From NCBI GenBank assembly GCA_902766755.1, contig CACXEV010000089.1:1-55284 (forward strand): a stretch of DNA of 55,284 nt. Reading direction: 5' to 3'. The position numbers were made by a program, and so were the translations under genes. The notes under the pieces are model-generated. The model was not told the DNA's origin and did no database searches. It worked only from the letters and a program-made list of their open reading frames with translations. This document shows positions 10,312 to 19,083 of the stretch, one piece after another (within the stretch, counting starts at the first letter, position 1; each line of letters begins with the position of its first letter). The stretch comes from Oscillospiraceae bacterium (GTDB lineage Bacteria > Bacillota > Clostridia > Oscillospirales > Acutalibacteraceae).

Positions 10312-11295
10312 CTATGCTAAACTTGCCGCTATAACGGCTTTTATTGTGTGCATCCTGTTTTCCGCTTCGTCAAATACTATGGAAGCATCACTTGAAAATA
10401 CGCTGTCGGTAACTTCCATACAGTCAATTCCGAATTTATCGTAAATCTGTTTGCCGATATCGGTGTTAAGGTCGTGAAAAGCGGGCAGGCAATGCATAAA
10501 CACCGCATTTTTGCCGGCGTTTTTCATAATTTCATCCGTCACGCGATAGGGCGTTAAATCAGATATTCGTTTTTCCCAAACCTCGTCCGGCTCACCCATT
10601 GAAACCCAAACATCGGTATAGATTATATCGGCGTTCTTTGTTGCGCTCATTGGGTTTTCGTCAAAGCAAATCTCCGCGCCCGATTTTTCGGCAATACGCA
10701 TACATTCTTCTACGAGCGCTTTGTTCGGAAAATACTCTTTCGGCGCGCAGGCGGTGAAGTTCATACCCATTTTAGCGCAGCCTACCATAAGCGAATTTGC
10801 CATATTGTAACGCGCGTCGCCCATAAACACGAGTTTTTTGTCTTCAAGCGAGCCGAAGTGTTCCTTGATTGTCAAAAAATCAGCTAAAATCTGCGTTGGA
10901 TGAAATTCGTTTGTAAGTCCGTTATATATCGGAACGCCTGCGTTTTCGGCTAATAATTCGACAATTTCCTGACCGTATCCGCGGTATTCAATCGCATCAT
11001 ACATTCTGCCTAAAACCTTTGCAGTATCGGCAAGACTTTCCTTTTTACCGATTTGAGAAGCCGAGGGGTCAAGATAAGTAGAATTCATACCGAGGTCAGC
11101 CGCCGCAACCTCAAAAGCGCAACGGGTCCTCGTGCTTGTCTTTTCAAAAATCAGAGCAATGTTTTTACCCTCACAAATTCTGTGCGGTATGCCTTGCTTT
11201 TTTTCTTTTTTTAGCTTTTCGGCGAGGTCGATTAAATATGTGATTTCCTCGGCGGTTAAGTCTAACAGCTTTAAAAAGCTCTTGCCTTTAAGCAT
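10312..11295 (-). CDS. argF: ornithine carbamoyltransferase
   Basis: Motifs STRTR, HPTQ and HCLP are present. Start is at M8, preceded by AAGGAG. The ORF-track start at 11316 would overlap argD. Confidence 0.95.
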   Translation of the reverse strand: MLKGKSFLKLLDLTAEEITYLIDLAEKLKKEKKQGIPHRICEGKNIALIFEKTSTRTRCAFEVAAADLGMNSTYLDPSASQIGKKESLADTAKVLGRMYDAIEYRGYGQEIVELLAENAGVPIYNGLTNEFHPTQILADFLTIKEHFGSLEDKKLVFMGDARYNMANSLMVGCAKMGMNFTACAPKEYFPNKALVEECMRIAEKSGAEICFDENPMSATKNADIIYTDVWVSMGEPDEVWEKRISDLTPYRVTDEIMKNAGKNAVFMHCLPAFHDLNTDIGKQIYDKFGIDCMEVTDSVFSSDASIVFDEAENRMHTIKAVIAASLA

Positions 11296-11300
11296 ATAAG

Positions 11301-12467
11301 TTATTCTCCTTTGCAAGCGTTAATAATAATATCGGCAGCCTTAACGAGTAAATTATCCGGCGTGTTAAGAGGGGGAAGTAATCGCACCTTATTTTTCGCT
11401 GTAAGGCATAAAACGCCATTTTCCATACACTTTTTCACTACTTCTAAGGCGCTTTTTTCTGTACTGATGCCAAGCATAAGCCCTTTTCCGGACACTGATT
11501 TTATATCTTTTGAGGCTGAAAGTGCTCGCTTTAATAATTCGCCCTTTCGAGTAACTTCGTTTAAAAGAGTATCATCAATGCGGCTTATTATGTTATATGC
11601 CCCGGCACAGCTTACGGGATTTCCTCCGAAGGTTGAACCGTGGTCGCCATAAGAAAAGATGTCTTGGACCTTTTCGCCCAGCAATGCGGCACCTATCGGA
11701 AGCCCACCGCCAAGCCCTTTAGCTGATGTCACAATGTCCGGTGTAATTCTGTAATTCATATAGGAATATAGCTTTCCTGTTCTGCCGCAACCGGTCTGAA
11801 CCTCATCAACGATAAGAAGTATATCTTTCTGCTTTGTAATCTCTCGCAGAAAATTTACATAGTCACCCGATAGCTCGTTTACACCGCCCTCGCCTTGTAT
11901 GCACTCAATCATTACCGCGGCAATTTTTTTGCTTTCACAAACTGTCTTTATTTGGTCTTTATCCTCCGCATCAACCGAAATAAACCCTGGCGTCAGTGGA
12001 TTATAAAGCGAATGAAAACAGTCCTGCCCTGTTGCGGCAAGTGTTGTGAGTGTTCTGCCGTGAAAACTATTTTTAAGGGTTACTATATTGTAACAGTCCG
12101 CTCCTTTTTTCTCTGCGGCATATTTTCTTGCGGCTTTAATGGCGCACTCGTTTGCTTCTGCTCCTGAGTTCGCGAAAAACACCTTTTTCATTCCCGTTTT
12201 ATCGCATAACGCCTTTGCAAGCTTCACGCACGGCTCAGTATAGTAAAGATTTGAAGTGTGCTGTATCAGGCTTAATTGCTTAGTTACGGCATCAATAAAG
12301 CCTTTATCTGCCGCACCGAATATATTTACACCTATGCCGCTCCCCATATCTATATATTCTTTGTCGTTTTTATCGGTTAGCATCGAGCCTTTGCCCGAAA
12401 CGATTTCTACAGGGAAACGATTATATGTATGCGCTATGTATAATTCGTCAGTTGTTTTAATATTCAT
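11301..12467 (-). CDS. argD: acetylornithine aminotransferase
   Basis: 388-aa class III PLP aminotransferase ('DEVQTGCGRTGK'), located inside the arg cluster. Confidence 0.93.
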   Translation of the reverse strand: MNIKTTDELYIAHTYNRFPVEIVSGKGSMLTDKNDKEYIDMGSGIGVNIFGAADKGFIDAVTKQLSLIQHTSNLYYTEPCVKLAKALCDKTGMKKVFFANSGAEANECAIKAARKYAAEKKGADCYNIVTLKNSFHGRTLTTLAATGQDCFHSLYNPLTPGFISVDAEDKDQIKTVCESKKIAAVMIECIQGEGGVNELSGDYVNFLREITKQKDILLIVDEVQTGCGRTGKLYSYMNYRITPDIVTSAKGLGGGLPIGAALLGEKVQDIFSYGDHGSTFGGNPVSCAGAYNIISRIDDTLLNEVTRKGELLKRALSASKDIKSVSGKGLMLGISTEKSALEVVKKCMENGVLCLTAKNKVRLLPPLNTPDNLLVKAADIIINACKGE

Positions 12468-12468
12468 A

Positions 12469-13326
12469 TTATCCCTCTTTAAACAGAGTGCCGGCGCCTT
12501 CGTTTGTAAGAAGCTCCATAAGTATTGAATGGGGAACTCTGCCGTCTAATATAACCACATTTTTAACCCCCATATTCACCGCGTTCACACAGCATTCCAC
12601 CTTAGGTATCATTCCGCCGGAGATAATTCCTTCGTCATACAGTCTGCCGGTCTCTGTAACCTTTATTTCGTGGATTAAAGTGGTGGGGTCATTTTTGTCT
12701 GCCAAAATTCCGTCTATATCGGTCATCATTATAAGCTTTTCGGCATTTAAAGCACCTGCGATATAAGCGGCGGCGGTATCACCGTTTATATTATAGGAAT
12801 TGCCGCTTTTATCACACCCTATTGTTGATATTACCGGTATATATCCCTTTTCCAAAAGGTCGGTTATCGGATGTGCATTTATTTTCTTAATTTCTCCTAC
12901 AAAGCCTAACTTCTTGCTTTTGATTTCAGACTGTATCATTCTGCCGTCCATACCGGAAAGTCCTATCGCTTTGCCGCCCTTCATTTCAAGCAGATTTACG
13001 AGAGTTTTATTGACCTTGCCGGCTAAAACCATTTGGACAATATCCATAGTGTCCTTATCCGTAACGCGAAGTCCGTCGACAAATTCCGATTTTTTACCGA
13101 GCTTGTTCATAAGCTCGCTTATCTCCGGACCGCCGCCGTGAATTAAAACTATCTTTACACCGATAAGCCAAAGTAATACAATATCTTCCATTACCTGTTG
13201 TTTAAGCTCATCGTTTACCATAGCGTTGCCGCCGTACTTAATTACAACCGTTTTACCGGTGTATTTCTTGATGTGGGGGAGAGCCTGAGTTAAAACTTCT
13301 GCCCTTTGTGCATTTGAAAAAGTCAT
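12469..13326 (-). CDS. argB: acetylglutamate kinase
   Basis: 'VIKYGGNAM' amino-acid kinase fold. Start is at M11, preceded by GGAGG. The ORF track extends to 13356. Confidence 0.94.
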   Translation of the reverse strand: MTFSNAQRAEVLTQALPHIKKYTGKTVVIKYGGNAMVNDELKQQVMEDIVLLWLIGVKIVLIHGGGPEISELMNKLGKKSEFVDGLRVTDKDTMDIVQMVLAGKVNKTLVNLLEMKGGKAIGLSGMDGRMIQSEIKSKKLGFVGEIKKINAHPITDLLEKGYIPVISTIGCDKSGNSYNINGDTAAAYIAGALNAEKLIMMTDIDGILADKNDPTTLIHEIKVTETGRLYDEGIISGGMIPKVECCVNAVNMGVKNVVILDGRVPHSILMELLTNEGAGTLFKEG

Positions 13327-13339
13327 TGTTTTGCCTCCG

Positions 13340-14557
13340 TTATGTGCGGTAATCACCGTTAATTTTTACATAATCATATGTAAGGTCGCAACCCCACGCG
13401 GTTGAAGAATAACTGCCGTCATTAAGGTTTACGGCAATTTCTATTTCATCCTCTGTCAGCACGCTTTTTGCTATATCCTCGCTGAATTCTATACCTTCGC
13501 CGTTTTTGCAAACATCAACTTTTCCGGCACGGCTTTTAAAAGAAACATCAATTTTTTTAACATCTACATCCGCACCGCTGTATCCGATAGCGCATAAAAC
13601 TCTGCCCCAGTTGGCATCCGCACCAAACATCGCCGCCTTTGTAAGATTTGAGCATATTACGCTTTTAGCGACAGTTTTTGCGGTTTCTTCTGAATTTGCG
13701 CCCGAAACACTGCATTCAAGCAGTTTGGTTGCACCCTCACCGTCTGCCGCTATCATACGGCAAAGATATATATTTAAGGTGTTCAACACTTTCATAAATA
13801 CCTTAAAGTCATCGTTTTCCTCGGTGATTTCTTGGTTTTCCGCCATACCGTTGCAAAGTATTGTTACCATATCGTTTGTGGAAGTATCGCCGTCAATACT
13901 TATCATATTAAATGTGGATTTAATATCTGTTGACAGTGCCTTTTGCAACATAGCAGGGGAAATGGCAACATCACTTGTAATAAATACAAGCATTGTAGCC
14001 ATATTGGGGTGTATCATACCACTGCCTTTTGCAATGCCGCCTATGTGACAGATTTTTCCGCCCAACATAAATTCAAGTGCTATTTCTTTTTTTACCGTGT
14101 CGGTAGTCATAATCGCCTCGGCGGCATCAGCACCGCCGCCTTCGTTCAGCCCCTCAACAAGAGAGGGAAGTCCGTTTTCAATCGGTACCGGGTCAAGCGG
14201 TTGACCTATAACACCGGTTGATGCTATTACAATATCATCGGCTTTGATGTTAAGTGCCTTTGCGGTACTCTCGCATATTCTCTGAGCCGTTTCTACACCG
14301 CCTGTGCAACAGGTGTTTGCTATGCCGCTGTTGCAAATAATAGCCTTTGCCTTTCCGTCCTTTGTATTGTTCCTCGTCACCGTAATCGGAGCGCCAAACA
14401 CCTTGTTTGTAGTATATACCGCGGCGCAGGAGGCTGCCTTCTCACTTACTATAAGCGCCAAATCCTTTTTTGACTTATTTTTCCTTACTCCGCAGTGTAT
14501 TCCGTTAGCGGTAAATCCCTTTGCGGCACAAACGCCGCCGCTTATAATCTTAATCAT
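13340..14557 (-). CDS. argJ: bifunctional ornithine acetyltransferase / N-acetylglutamate synthase
   Basis: 405 aa with the autoprocessing site 'PNMATMLVFITSD'. Confidence 0.95.
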   Translation of the reverse strand: MIKIISGGVCAAKGFTANGIHCGVRKNKSKKDLALIVSEKAASCAAVYTTNKVFGAPITVTRNNTKDGKAKAIICNSGIANTCCTGGVETAQRICESTAKALNIKADDIVIASTGVIGQPLDPVPIENGLPSLVEGLNEGGGADAAEAIMTTDTVKKEIALEFMLGGKICHIGGIAKGSGMIHPNMATMLVFITSDVAISPAMLQKALSTDIKSTFNMISIDGDTSTNDMVTILCNGMAENQEITEENDDFKVFMKVLNTLNIYLCRMIAADGEGATKLLECSVSGANSEETAKTVAKSVICSNLTKAAMFGADANWGRVLCAIGYSGADVDVKKIDVSFKSRAGKVDVCKNGEGIEFSEDIAKSVLTEDEIEIAVNLNDGSYSSTAWGCDLTYDYVKINGDYRT

Positions 14558-15476
14558 AACTCCTCCTTAGTCCCTTGTCCTCGTCAATTCCTAAACAAAT
14601 GTTGATGTTTTGTATCGCCGCACCGGATGCGCCCTTACCTAAGTTGTCAAACCTTGATACAAGCAGTATGCGCTCCTCGTTTCCCTCAACGGTGATTTGC
14701 ATATCGTCGAATCCGGAAAGCTCACAGGCTGATAACAGGCTTTGCTCGTTTTCTTTAAAGTAAACAAGACCGTCTTTATAGTAATCACTGTAAATTTTCT
14801 TGATATCTTTAATGCCGACATCAGTTTGACTTTTAAAAAGCGGTACGGTAACCTCCATACCTGAATAATAGTCGGCTACAATCGGGCAAAAAGCCGGAGC
14901 GTATGCAAGACCGCAAACCGTCATCATTTCCGGCAAATGCTTGTGATTTTGTGATAATCCGTATAATCGCGGAGCATTGAACTCTGAGCTTCGTTCTGCG
15001 CTTTCATACTCTGCAATCATTTTTTTGCCGCCGCCTGAATACCCAGTGAGAGAAAAGCAGGAAAGCTCAATATTATTCTTTAAAACACCTGCGGCGATTA
15101 AGGGGAATATAAGTGATATAAACCCGCTTGCGTGGCAACCGGGATTTGCAATTCTTTTGGAATTCCTTATCTTTTCGCGAAAGCCTTTTATCTCGGGAAA
15201 TCCGTAGGTAAAAGCAGCATCTGTTCGGTGAGCCGTCGAAGTATCAATTATAACAGTATCGGGATTATCTATTAGAGACACCGCCTGCCTTGCCGCATCA
15301 TCCGGCAGGCAAAGCACCGCTATATCCGCCTCGTTAATACATTGCTTTCGGTACTCGGTTTCCTTTCGCTTATCCTCAGGCAGTGTTATAACAGTTAAAT
15401 CATCCCTTGATGATAGGCGCTCTTTTATTCTCAGCCCCGTAGTTCCGGCGCCGCCGTCAATGAATATTTTCTTCAT
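14550..15476 (-). CDS. argC: N-acetyl-gamma-glutamyl-phosphate reductase (short form)
   Basis: 'MKKIFIDGGAGTTGLRI' Rossmann N-terminus and 'NPGCHASG' catalytic Cys. Start is at M48 of the tracked ORF, with GGAGA upstream. The 47-aa extension runs through the promoter. Confidence 0.93.
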   Translation of the reverse strand: MKKIFIDGGAGTTGLRIKERLSSRDDLTVITLPEDKRKETEYRKQCINEADIAVLCLPDDAARQAVSLIDNPDTVIIDTSTAHRTDAAFTYGFPEIKGFREKIRNSKRIANPGCHASGFISLIFPLIAAGVLKNNIELSCFSLTGYSGGGKKMIAEYESAERSSEFNAPRLYGLSQNHKHLPEMMTVCGLAYAPAFCPIVADYYSGMEVTVPLFKSQTDVGIKDIKKIYSDYYKDGLVYFKENEQSLLSACELSGFDDMQITVEGNEERILLVSRFDNLGKGASGAAIQNINICLGIDEDKGLRRSYD

Positions 15477-15489
15477 ATTTTTCTCCGTT

Positions 15490-15507
15490 TTTGAATAAAT
15501 ATGCATT
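15490..15507 (-). promoter_or_regulatory. ARG-box-like operator (proximal) overlapping the argC transcription start region
   Basis: TTTGAATAAATATGCATT matches the consensus TNTGAATWWWWATTCANW at 17 of 18 positions. The consensus is recalled from memory. Confidence 0.6.
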
Positions 15508-15536
15508 ATTTTAGCATATAAATTCGCTTTTGTCAA
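15508..15536 (-). promoter_or_regulatory. argC operon promoter (TTGACA-17-TAAAAT on the minus strand)
   Basis: The reverse complement reads TTGACA (15536-15531), a 17-nt spacer, then TAAAAT (15513-15508). Confidence 0.7.
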
Positions 15537-15611
15537 TATAATACTCAACTTTCCGATATACAAAATGCATAAAGTTTGCTTCACATATAAGCAGAAAACT
15601 GAACACTTTTT

Positions 15612-15629
15612 ATGCAATTTTTATGCATG
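15612..15629 (-). promoter_or_regulatory. ARG-box-like operator (distal)
   Basis: The minus strand reads CATGCATAAAAATTGCAT. This gives about 15 of 18 matches to the Bacillus AhrC-type box CATGAATAAAAATKCAAK (from memory). Confidence 0.45.
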
Positions 15630-15719
15630 AATGGTTTTGGTGGTATTAAACAAAAAATTTAGATTTGCACCTGCGTCGTTTTTACCTGTTACAAACTTAA
15701 TAATGTGCCAAAATATGGC

Positions 15720-15748
15720 TTGACAAAGAAATATAACGGTGTTATTAT
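15720..15748 (+). promoter_or_regulatory. promoter of the yerC-his operon (TTGACA-17-TATTAT, with TGn extension)
   Basis: TTGACA at 15720-15725, TGT at 15740-15742, then TATTAT at 15743-15748. Confidence 0.7.
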
Positions 15749-15757
15749 ACTATTGCG

Positions 15758-15776
15758 CTATCGCTTTAGCGAGATA
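15758..15776. promoter_or_regulatory. imperfect inverted repeat CTATCGC-TTTA-GCGAGATA just downstream of the -10 box
   Basis: Read directly. This is a candidate operator for the YerC/TrpR-like protein encoded immediately downstream. Confidence 0.3.
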
Positions 15777-15799
15777 AAGTAAAGAAGTGGTGAATTGTA

Positions 15800-16096
15800 A
15801 TGGCAAAATGGCATAATGAAAGTACTGATAAGCTTTGTGATGCATTACTTACGCTTAAAAGCAAACAGGAGTGTTATGAGTTCCTTGAGGATATCTGTAC
15901 AATAAAGGAAATCCTTGATATGTCACAGAGGCTTTTTGTTGCTACGCTTTTATCGGATAAGATAAGCTATTCTGAAATCAGCGCAAAAACGGGTGCCAGC
16001 GCGGCAACTATAAGTCGTGTTAGCAAGTGCTATGAATACGGCAGCGGAGGATACAAGAAGGTAATCGAGCGTATGAACGGTGGAAAAAATGATTGA
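15800..16096 (+). CDS. YerC/YecD-family TrpR-like DNA-binding protein (candidate histidine regulon repressor)
   Basis: 98 aa. The stretch 'LTLKSKQECYEFLEDICTIKEILDMSQRLFVATLL...ISYSEISAKTGASAATISRVSKC' fits the TrpR-like YerC family. It is the first gene of the his operon. Confidence 0.85.
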   Translation: MAKWHNESTDKLCDALLTLKSKQECYEFLEDICTIKEILDMSQRLFVATLLSDKISYSEISAKTGASAATISRVSKCYEYGSGGYKKVIERMNGGKND

Positions 16097-17177
16097 TGAT
16101 AGTTTAATGAGATTTGAGGAAAAGGTTTCTTATTCACTTCGCTCTCTTTATAAAAAGTACGGATATCTTCCTTATAAAATGAGCAAGTTTGAAGAATATG
16201 AGCTTTATATCCGCAACAAAGATTTTCTTGTGAGTGACAGGGTAATTGCATTTAATGATACAAACGGCAAGCTAATGGCGTTAAAACCGGATGTTACGCT
16301 TTCCATAATTAAAGCCGGCGAGGATATAAAGGGTGTAAAACAAAAGGTTTTTTATAACGAGAATGTTTACCGTGTTTCAGAGAGCACACATCGTTTTAAG
16401 GAAATTATGCAAACAGGCCTTGAATGTATCGGCGATATAGATATCTATGATATATATGAGGTCATAACCTTAGCGGCGAGAAGTCTTGCGGAGATTTCAG
16501 ATGATTTTTATATTGAAATCAGCAATATGGATATAGTGTACTTTGTTATTTCGTCTGTATGTGATGATAAAAAATTTGTTTCACAGGTATTGAAATGCAT
16601 TTCCCAAAAGAATGCCCACGATTTGAAAAAAATCTGTGAAGAGTATTCTGTGGAATTTGGTGGGTATAAAAAAATTTCAAGTCTTATATCGCTTTACGGC
16701 GAAATGGGAGAGGTAATAGAAAAAATCAAAGAGATTTCTGATATTCCCCAAACAGGTGATTTGATAACACTCTCAAATCTACTTTGTAATACCTCTTTGA
16801 GCGAAAGAATAAAGTTTGATTTTTCCGCTTTAAATGATATAAATTATTATAACGGTTTTGTTTTCCGTGGTTTTGTAAAGGATGTTTTCTGCAGTGTTCT
16901 TTCCGGTGGACAGTATGATAATATGATGAAAAAAATGAACAGAAAGTCATCAGCTGTAGGGTTTGCTCTTTATCTTGACAGAATTGATGATTTAAACCGC
17001 CAAATGCCGGAATTTGATGTTGATTATTTGCTTATTTATGATAATTCTACCGATGTTCTGAAATTGTCAAACAAAGTTAATGAAATAACCGCTTCCGGGT
17101 TTACCGTAAGCACTCAAAAAAGTATACCCGGTAAGCTCAGATACAAAGAGCTTATAGATTTAACAAAGGAGGGATAA
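16089..17177 (+). CDS. hisZ: ATP phosphoribosyltransferase regulatory subunit
   Basis: HisRS-like paralog lying upstream of a short-form hisG. The start is either ATG 16089 or GTG 16080. Both overlap the yerC stop. Confidence 0.9.
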   Translation: MIDDSLMRFEEKVSYSLRSLYKKYGYLPYKMSKFEEYELYIRNKDFLVSDRVIAFNDTNGKLMALKPDVTLSIIKAGEDIKGVKQKVFYNENVYRVSESTHRFKEIMQTGLECIGDIDIYDIYEVITLAARSLAEISDDFYIEISNMDIVYFVISSVCDDKKFVSQVLKCISQKNAHDLKKICEEYSVEFGGYKKISSLISLYGEMGEVIEKIKEISDIPQTGDLITLSNLLCNTSLSERIKFDFSALNDINYYNGFVFRGFVKDVFCSVLSGGQYDNMMKKMNRKSSAVGFALYLDRIDDLNRQMPEFDVDYLLIYDNSTDVLKLSNKVNEITASGFTVSTQKSIPGKLRYKELIDLTKEG

Positions 17178-17180
17178 CTC

Positions 17181-17810
17181 TTGCTTAATATTGCGCTTCC
17201 AAAGGGAAGACTTGGAGAAAAAGTTTATGAATTGTTTGAAAAAGCAGGCTATGATTGTCCTTCGATAAAAGAAAAAAACAGGAAACTGATTTTTGAAAAC
17301 AAAGAAAAAGGTATCAGCTTCTTTTGGGTTAAACCCTCGGATGTATCTATATATGTTGAAAGATCAGCCGCTGATATAGGCGTTGCGGGTAAAGATATTT
17401 TGCTCGAATATAAGCCTGATGTATACGAGCTTTTTGATTTAGGCGTTGGGAAATGCAATATGGCGGTAGCCGCTAAAAAAGAATTCCGGGATAACGGTAT
17501 GCGGGTTCTTAAAGTGGCTACAAAGTTTACAAATATTGCCTCCGATTACTATGCGGGGCTTGGCAGGGATATTGATATTATCAAGCTTAACGGTTCAATA
17601 GAGTTAGCTCCCATATTGGGGCTTTCGGATGTTATAGTCGATATAGTTGAAACCGGCAAAACTCTTAAGGAAAACAATCTTGAGGTCAAGGATATTATTC
17701 TTCCTATAAGTGCCAGACTTATTGCAAATAAGGCCTCATTCAATTTTAAAAGAGAAAAAATAGAAAAATTGATATCAGCGATTAAAGGGCAGGTAGAAAA
17801 CAGTGATTAA
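17181..17810 (+). CDS. hisG: ATP phosphoribosyltransferase, short form
   Basis: 209 aa beginning 'LNIALPKGRL', TTG start. Confidence 0.95.
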   Translation: MLNIALPKGRLGEKVYELFEKAGYDCPSIKEKNRKLIFENKEKGISFFWVKPSDVSIYVERSAADIGVAGKDILLEYKPDVYELFDLGVGKCNMAVAAKKEFRDNGMRVLKVATKFTNIASDYYAGLGRDIDIIKLNGSIELAPILGLSDVIVDIVETGKTLKENNLEVKDIILPISARLIANKASFNFKREKIEKLISAIKGQVENSD

Positions 17811-19083
17811 AATTTATAAATACGGTGAAGTTCCGGATGAAAAAATCTTTTTAAGGGAGGATGTAACGTCGAATGTAGGCGATGTTGTTGCGGATATCAT
17901 TAAAAATGTGAGAGAAAAGGGCGACGCGGCTTTAAGAGAGTATTCATTAAAATTTGACAAGGCTGATATTAAGTCCTTTGAGGTTACAAAAGAGGAAATA
18001 AATTCAGCATTGAACAGTATGCCGGATGAGTTTATTTCGATAATGAGAGAAGCGGCGGATAACATAAGGGCCTTCCACGAAAAGCAGGTGCGTACAAGCT
18101 TTATTATAAATGATAAAGACGGTGTTGTTCTCGGGCAAAAGGTGACTCCTATTGAAAGAGTGGGGCTTTATGTTCCCGGAGGTACGGCGGCATATCCTTC
18201 AACAGTTCTTATGAACGCCATACCTGCAAAAATCGCCGGCTGCAGCGAGATTGTTATGGTATCTCCTCCAAAAGCGGACGGCCAGATAAATTCCGCGATA
18301 CTTGCCGCGGCAAGCATTGCCGGTGTAGATAAAATATACAAAGTCGGAGGCGCGCAGGCTGTTGCAGCTTTGGCTTACGGTACAGAGAGTGTGCCTATGG
18401 TAGATAAAATAGTGGGCCCCGGCAACGCCTTTGTTGCCGAAGCTAAAAGACAGGTTTTCGGTAAGGTTTCTATTGATATGATAGCGGGACCGAGTGAGAT
18501 ACTTATCGTAGCCGATAGCACAAATAACGCAAAAACAGTTGCGGCAGATTTGCTTTCCCAAGCGGAACACGATAAAAATGCCACAGCGGTTTTAGTGACC
18601 GACAGTGAGAATTTTGCAAAGGAAGTTTCAGATGAACTTGAAAAGCAGATACCACTGCTTCCGCGCGCCGAAATAGCAAGGGCATCAATAGATAAAAACG
18701 GAAAAATCATTGTGTCGGAAAACGATATTTTAAAGGCAATCGATATTGCAAACAAGATAGCGCCGGAGCATCTTGAATTGTGCATAGACAACCCGTTTGA
18801 TTATCTTGATAAGGTGAAACACGCAGGCTCTGTGTTTATGGGTAAGAATTGCCCTGAGAGTTTAGGGGATTACTTTGCAGGACCAAATCATACACTCCCC
18901 ACATCCGGCACCGCAAGATTTTCATCTCCTTTATCTGTTGATGATTTTGTGAAGAAAACACAATATACTTATTATTCGCCGGATGCGCTCAAAAGCGTTG
19001 CAGAAAAGATAAAATATTTTGCCGATAAGGAGGGACTGAATGCACACGGTATAAGTGCTGTTGTTCGGTTTGAAAAGGAATGA
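17803..19083 (+). CDS. hisD: histidinol dehydrogenase
   Basis: 426 aa containing 'QAEHD' and 'GDYFAGPNHTLPT'. GTG start overlaps hisG. Confidence 0.96.
   Translation: MIKIYKYGEVPDEKIFLREDVTSNVGDVVADIIKNVREKGDAALREYSLKFDKADIKSFEVTKEEINSALNSMPDEFISIMREAADNIRAFHEKQVRTSFIINDKDGVVLGQKVTPIERVGLYVPGGTAAYPSTVLMNAIPAKIAGCSEIVMVSPPKADGQINSAILAAASIAGVDKIYKVGGAQAVAALAYGTESVPMVDKIVGPGNAFVAEAKRQVFGKVSIDMIAGPSEILIVADSTNNAKTVAADLLSQAEHDKNATAVLVTDSENFAKEVSDELEKQIPLLPRAEIARASIDKNGKIIVSENDILKAIDIANKIAPEHLELCIDNPFDYLDKVKHAGSVFMGKNCPESLGDYFAGPNHTLPTSGTARFSSPLSVDDFVKKTQYTYYSPDALKSVAEKIKYFADKEGLNAHGISAVVRFEKE

Noticed and set aside
15477-15617. 47-aa N-terminal extension of argC in the ORF track
   Set aside because: The extension covers the promoter hexamers and ARG boxes. 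The conserved Rossmann N-terminus begins at M48, which has its own RBS. Similar over-extended starts were trimmed for argF, argB, rnfD, rpmB, rpsR, ylmC, the HAD gene and the 367 and 5505 membrane-protein genes.
15629-15799. Possible T-box or attenuator leader for the his operon
   Set aside because: The transcribed leader is only about 45 nt, running from the -10 box at 15743-15748 to the yerC ATG. It contains no specifier loop, no T-box sequence and no His-codon run.
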